This document shows, one piece after another, positions 60,201 to 64,000 of a stretch of 64,000 bases of DNA (its first letter is position 1; each line of letters starts with the position of its first letter). Position numbers and translations under genes: made by a program. Origin of the DNA: Acanthaster planci (lineage: Eukaryota). The stretch covers positions 1,991,838 to 2,055,837 of the forward strand of contig NW_019091362.1 of assembly GCF_001949145.1 (NCBI RefSeq), written 5' to 3'. The notes beneath the pieces were generated by a model. It was not told the origin of the DNA. It searched no databases and saw only the letters and a list, made by a program, of their open reading frames with translations.

Positions 60201-62749
60201 CAAAACAGTCATTACCTCTTCCGAAGCAACTTAGAAAATAAGTCCATTTGCCAGCCAGAGCTGATATGATTCACCTGATCCATAAAAAAGACTTTGTGGA
60301 AGTTTATCACAATCCACAAACTTGATTACCAAACTCCGGTGTGTGTGCGTGTACACAACAGAACGCGCCGCCGAGAGCCGGAGAATAAAGGGGAGAAACA
60401 GTGCGTTGTGCGACACCACCAGGGTGACGAGTCTGTACTTCAGTTTGGTGACAGTTATCTGCCTCCTAATCATCGACTATTGTCGGGCTGTCCAGGCCGT
60501 AGCGCCTCTGCGCCGGGTACCGCGTCGTGACTTGTCAATTAAAGGCACATTTTCACCCGGTTTACGACAAGCTGGCGAGGCCAGCATGTCTGGCCTGGTT
60601 CACAACGCAGAGCGCCAGCCCCCCGCCCCTCGACTGACCCACTCTGTCTCCGTCGTTATTGCTAATCAGATTGGACGTTTTTATGGAGTGGTGATAAATT
60701 TTTCAATTGTCGGCTGCCATCAGTTTTCCGCCAGTACCTCTGGTCCCATTTTTGCCAATAACGGCCCTAGGCATGAATTGTAGCCATTCTTATAAGAGAA
60801 ACGATAGCCTTAACCAAACACAATTATTTACGACCGGTGTTCGTGATAATCATTGGAAGCAGTTCTTACAAGAAACTAACTAAATTTATTTACGTAACTC
60901 GCGACAGTAATTATGCATTGAAAGCAGCATGACTTGCTTTAACGTGCAATGTTCTAATATCCAAGCGCAAAATTCACGATTTCCTTCTTGCATGTGTCAG
61001 GTATCTCCTTTAACCGTGTCGGTGCGAATATTATACATGCGTTTGCTCTGTAAGTGTAGCGCCACGCAGGGCCGATCGCATGGCCGGGGAGTAAAGGCAA
61101 TGCAAACAAGGGGTCATATCACCCCCGTGTTTGATCACAACGAGGAACAGTGTATTCGGTTTGTTCACTGAAGTAGCCAGCTCTTCATCGGCGGGCAACG
61201 GTCAATTCCTTTCTCGAGATCTGATTTGATCTCGGTAGTATACACGAACGTGCGCGGCTCCTCCATCTAGCGAGGACGACATCGTGTCGCTCATGTATTT
61301 CCTATCGACGATTGTTCACTTTTAGACGGTCATTTTTTTCTGCTTTGTGTGTTCGCGATAAGCCCAAATGACTGAACAACTTTACTTTCCAGGGTCCGTG
61401 TTTGTTTAGAGTAAATTAAGGATATTTTGGAAGGTGTGTGACCCGAATAAGCTTCATTTAATTATCCCCATTTTCCGGAACAGAAGGCGATCATTGACAG
61501 TCCCTTGTTGCACTTGCAACATTGGCCAAGGCTTGCTTTGTTAAATTAATACAGTAAGTTAGAGTAAGGGGACGCAATTGTTTTGTCTACAGCCAGATTT
61601 ATGTCCAGTGAATTTAAAGTGCATGCGTCGGTTGCCGGACTATTCTTTCTTGAACAAAATAATTCTCCTGCACAGAGTGTTGTTTACCGACTACAAAAGG
61701 TAGAAAATTCCTATCTCTGAGAATGGTATGAAAACGAAAACTCGCCAAAGGGGGACCCTGCTCGTCTGCGTCAAACTAGCTTAATAATAAACGCTGTTCT
61801 GTGACGATCCCATGAAGCCAGCGGAACACATTTTGTCGCGAATTCAACACCTTCCATGACCACCCAGCGCAGTTCAATGTGATATGCTACGTCAATCACA
61901 TCACGTTTTCAAGTATGCGCAAGTATGGCCATCATGGCTTCCAATCGGAAATAGTTCGGGACATTTGTGGTGAGCAGAACGTGCCTCTGGGTCAGTGCAC
62001 GCACGGAGGAAGAAAACACGTGCCTTTGGAAAACTCCTCGCATGTCTGCACAGTAACTGTTTCATATCTATCCTGCTTATCCCCACTGCGTTACTGAAGG
62101 ATGTGTGGCCAATTGCTTTCCCGCCGTTGGTTGAACCATAGAGATAGGACTCCGGATCTTGTAGTCTCGGTGTTCTTATTACTTGGGACAACGCAAAGTC
62201 GCTCAAAAGTCTGGCACCCAGAACGCTTTACCGTCTATTACCCAGGAAACGCTGTTGATAATGCCTGATTGTAATGGGGGTCTAAAACTGCAGGTTTTTT
62301 TTCATTCCGGGCTGGGAGGGGGGGTGTTGGACCTCAATATTAAGTGGTTCTCTTGTTCTTTACAAAAGGGAGTCACACAGTTGCGCACGTTTTGTTTGCA
62401 CGGTGGCTGGGATTAGCCTGCGACGATACCGTATTCACGTCCTAACCGGAATTAGTTGAAAAGGCTTCATGCTGTCGCGGACTTTCTACCACCTATAGTG
62501 TTGAGAAAAAGCGGGTCGATGTGGTAAAAGAGGTCCTTAGTATTAAATAGCAAGCACGTGTTAATAGCCTCAGAATCAACACGCTCGGGCGTTCAAACAG
62601 ATGAGAATCTTTTTTTTTTATTAGCACTTTGCCAAGACTAGGCAGATTTCTTTTTAAGCTGACCACAAATTTAACACATTGCCTAATTAGCATTACTTGT
62701 ATTTGTTAACATTATGCCAACCGTTAATTGATCCTGCTTCCTGTTATTC

Positions 62750-63460
62750 AAGTGAATGTTGTATACACTGCATAGGCTATCCATATGTATTGGACCTTGC
62801 CTTGCTTTACTATTAGTGTAATAGTAACTTCAACTAACCATCGAGGAACTTGGTCTTTGCTACAACCATGTTTACAGCCTCTGCTTGACTCAAAATACGC
62901 GATAACACATTCAAGAGGAACTTGAATCTGAAGAGTATCATGAGGATCCTCAGCCGTAGCCATTATTGCTTTACGTCTCATTCTCATTCCGCACTGTACA
63001 TGAGCATTACTAAGGGGTTGATTCGAGCCGTGCTCATCAAGAGAATGATGTAACTGTGCTGCTTGAAAAATTCAATTTGGAAAGGGGTCCCTATTAGTCG
63101 AATGAGGCTGCATTGAGAAGGTATGATTTCGTTTATGTCAAGTGCAGAGAAGGTAGCCGGTCGATAGTTGCCTAATGCCATTCCGGCATTTGCTCCCTGA
63201 CAAGTGTGGACAAATGTTTCATGGAACATTGACCTTGGTGCCTGTGACTGATTTATAATACACTTGAGTCATCAATTCCACTCTCATCCTACCGAGGAAG
63301 GGGATATATTTATTATTTCGCTTTCGACCATTACGAGTTATTTGTTTTCCCTCAGCGGTAAATGCTCAGAAGAGTCATTCTTGATGGAACTTTAAGAGAC
63401 CAAAAGTCTTCTAGTCGAAAAACAGAAGGTCAGGGTGTTTTAAATTATTTATGTCAACGG
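62750..63460 (-). pseudogene. Possible decayed DEDD-type 3'-5' exonuclease remnant
   Basis: Minus strand PDLLFFD*KTFGL (Exo I-like FFDxETTGL), NKYIP, and EDPHDTLQ (Exo III-like HDA); heavily disrupted. Confidence 0.3.
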
Positions 63461-64000
63461 AACCTTTATCACGCGAGGAACACGTGTCACTGACTCCCGT
63501 GCTAGAAGAAGATTTCTCAACATCGACAAGTTAATCCATGGATGCGTCGCTTGCTAAGCATCCTGAATTTAGCAGTTTAACCTGAACTGTACGATTGTAA
63601 CATCGCATGCCTTGAATACCGAACAGGTGATGGTCAGAATACAAGTGTGCCAGTTTTCCCAATCCTCCTATGGTCGTCCGTTGTCCCTGAGCAGTGTTGC
63701 GCCTGAAATCGGTTTTCAACTTTACACTTGTACCTCCACACAAACCGTTACCGACCTGTAGAAAGCCACGCCATTTTTGTCATTTTACCTTTTATTTTTT
63801 TTTAACCATACTCCTGTACTTTGAGGAGCTGTTTCATGGTCCCACACGCGAGCTTATGGTATTCTCTGTGAAACGTGCAAATATGTGTGGCGCAACGCGA
63901 GTCGATGCTGATCAACTGACTTGTACAAGTCTATTTCGATGCGCTTCTTGACGACGTTCGTTGCTCTGCCAGGCATAGAGCCAGCGCTATGCTCTTAAGT

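Noticed and set aside
52000..62700. Many 60-150 aa ORFs in the distal region
   Set aside because: No recognisable domains and no consistent splice-linked exon chain; treated as intergenic or intronic with MITEs, though a diverged gene or lncRNA cannot be excluded

Overview
Intron-rich animal genomic DNA with several N gaps. A marine invertebrate deuterostome such as an echinoderm is my inference from the domain content and repeat style; the sequence does not prove it. The ORF track is mostly uninformative because the real genes are spliced. Gene 1 (+ strand, 5' end upstream of the window, exons from ~0.5 to ~31.8 kb) is a mosaic, probably extracellular protein built from phase 1-1 exons. In order it has: a recently amplified tandem array of near-identical EGF exons (~1.45 kb exon+intron unit); a 3-exon F-type (fucolectin/FTP) lectin domain with intact fucose-binding residues; an antistasin-type module; an acidic patch plus an unidentified ~140-aa domain; and a polycationic Lys/Arg/His/Ser tail. 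That tail is spelled out by at least seven 24-45 nt micro-exons that were themselves amplified by tandem duplication. Gene 2 (+ strand, 46.6-51.2 kb) is a small secreted WAP + antistasin protein. It shares a decayed EGF exon and a homologous last exon with gene 1, so it looks like an exon-shuffled paralogue. The rest is transposon-rich: three degenerate RTE-clade LINEs (one interrupted by a solo LTR with a 4-bp TSD), an L1/Tx1 3' fragment, a CR1/L2-like 3' end and several MITEs. I found no convincing host gene in 52-64 kb, and no rRNA, tRNA or CRISPR. All gene models were made by hand from splice signals and translation, without expression data.
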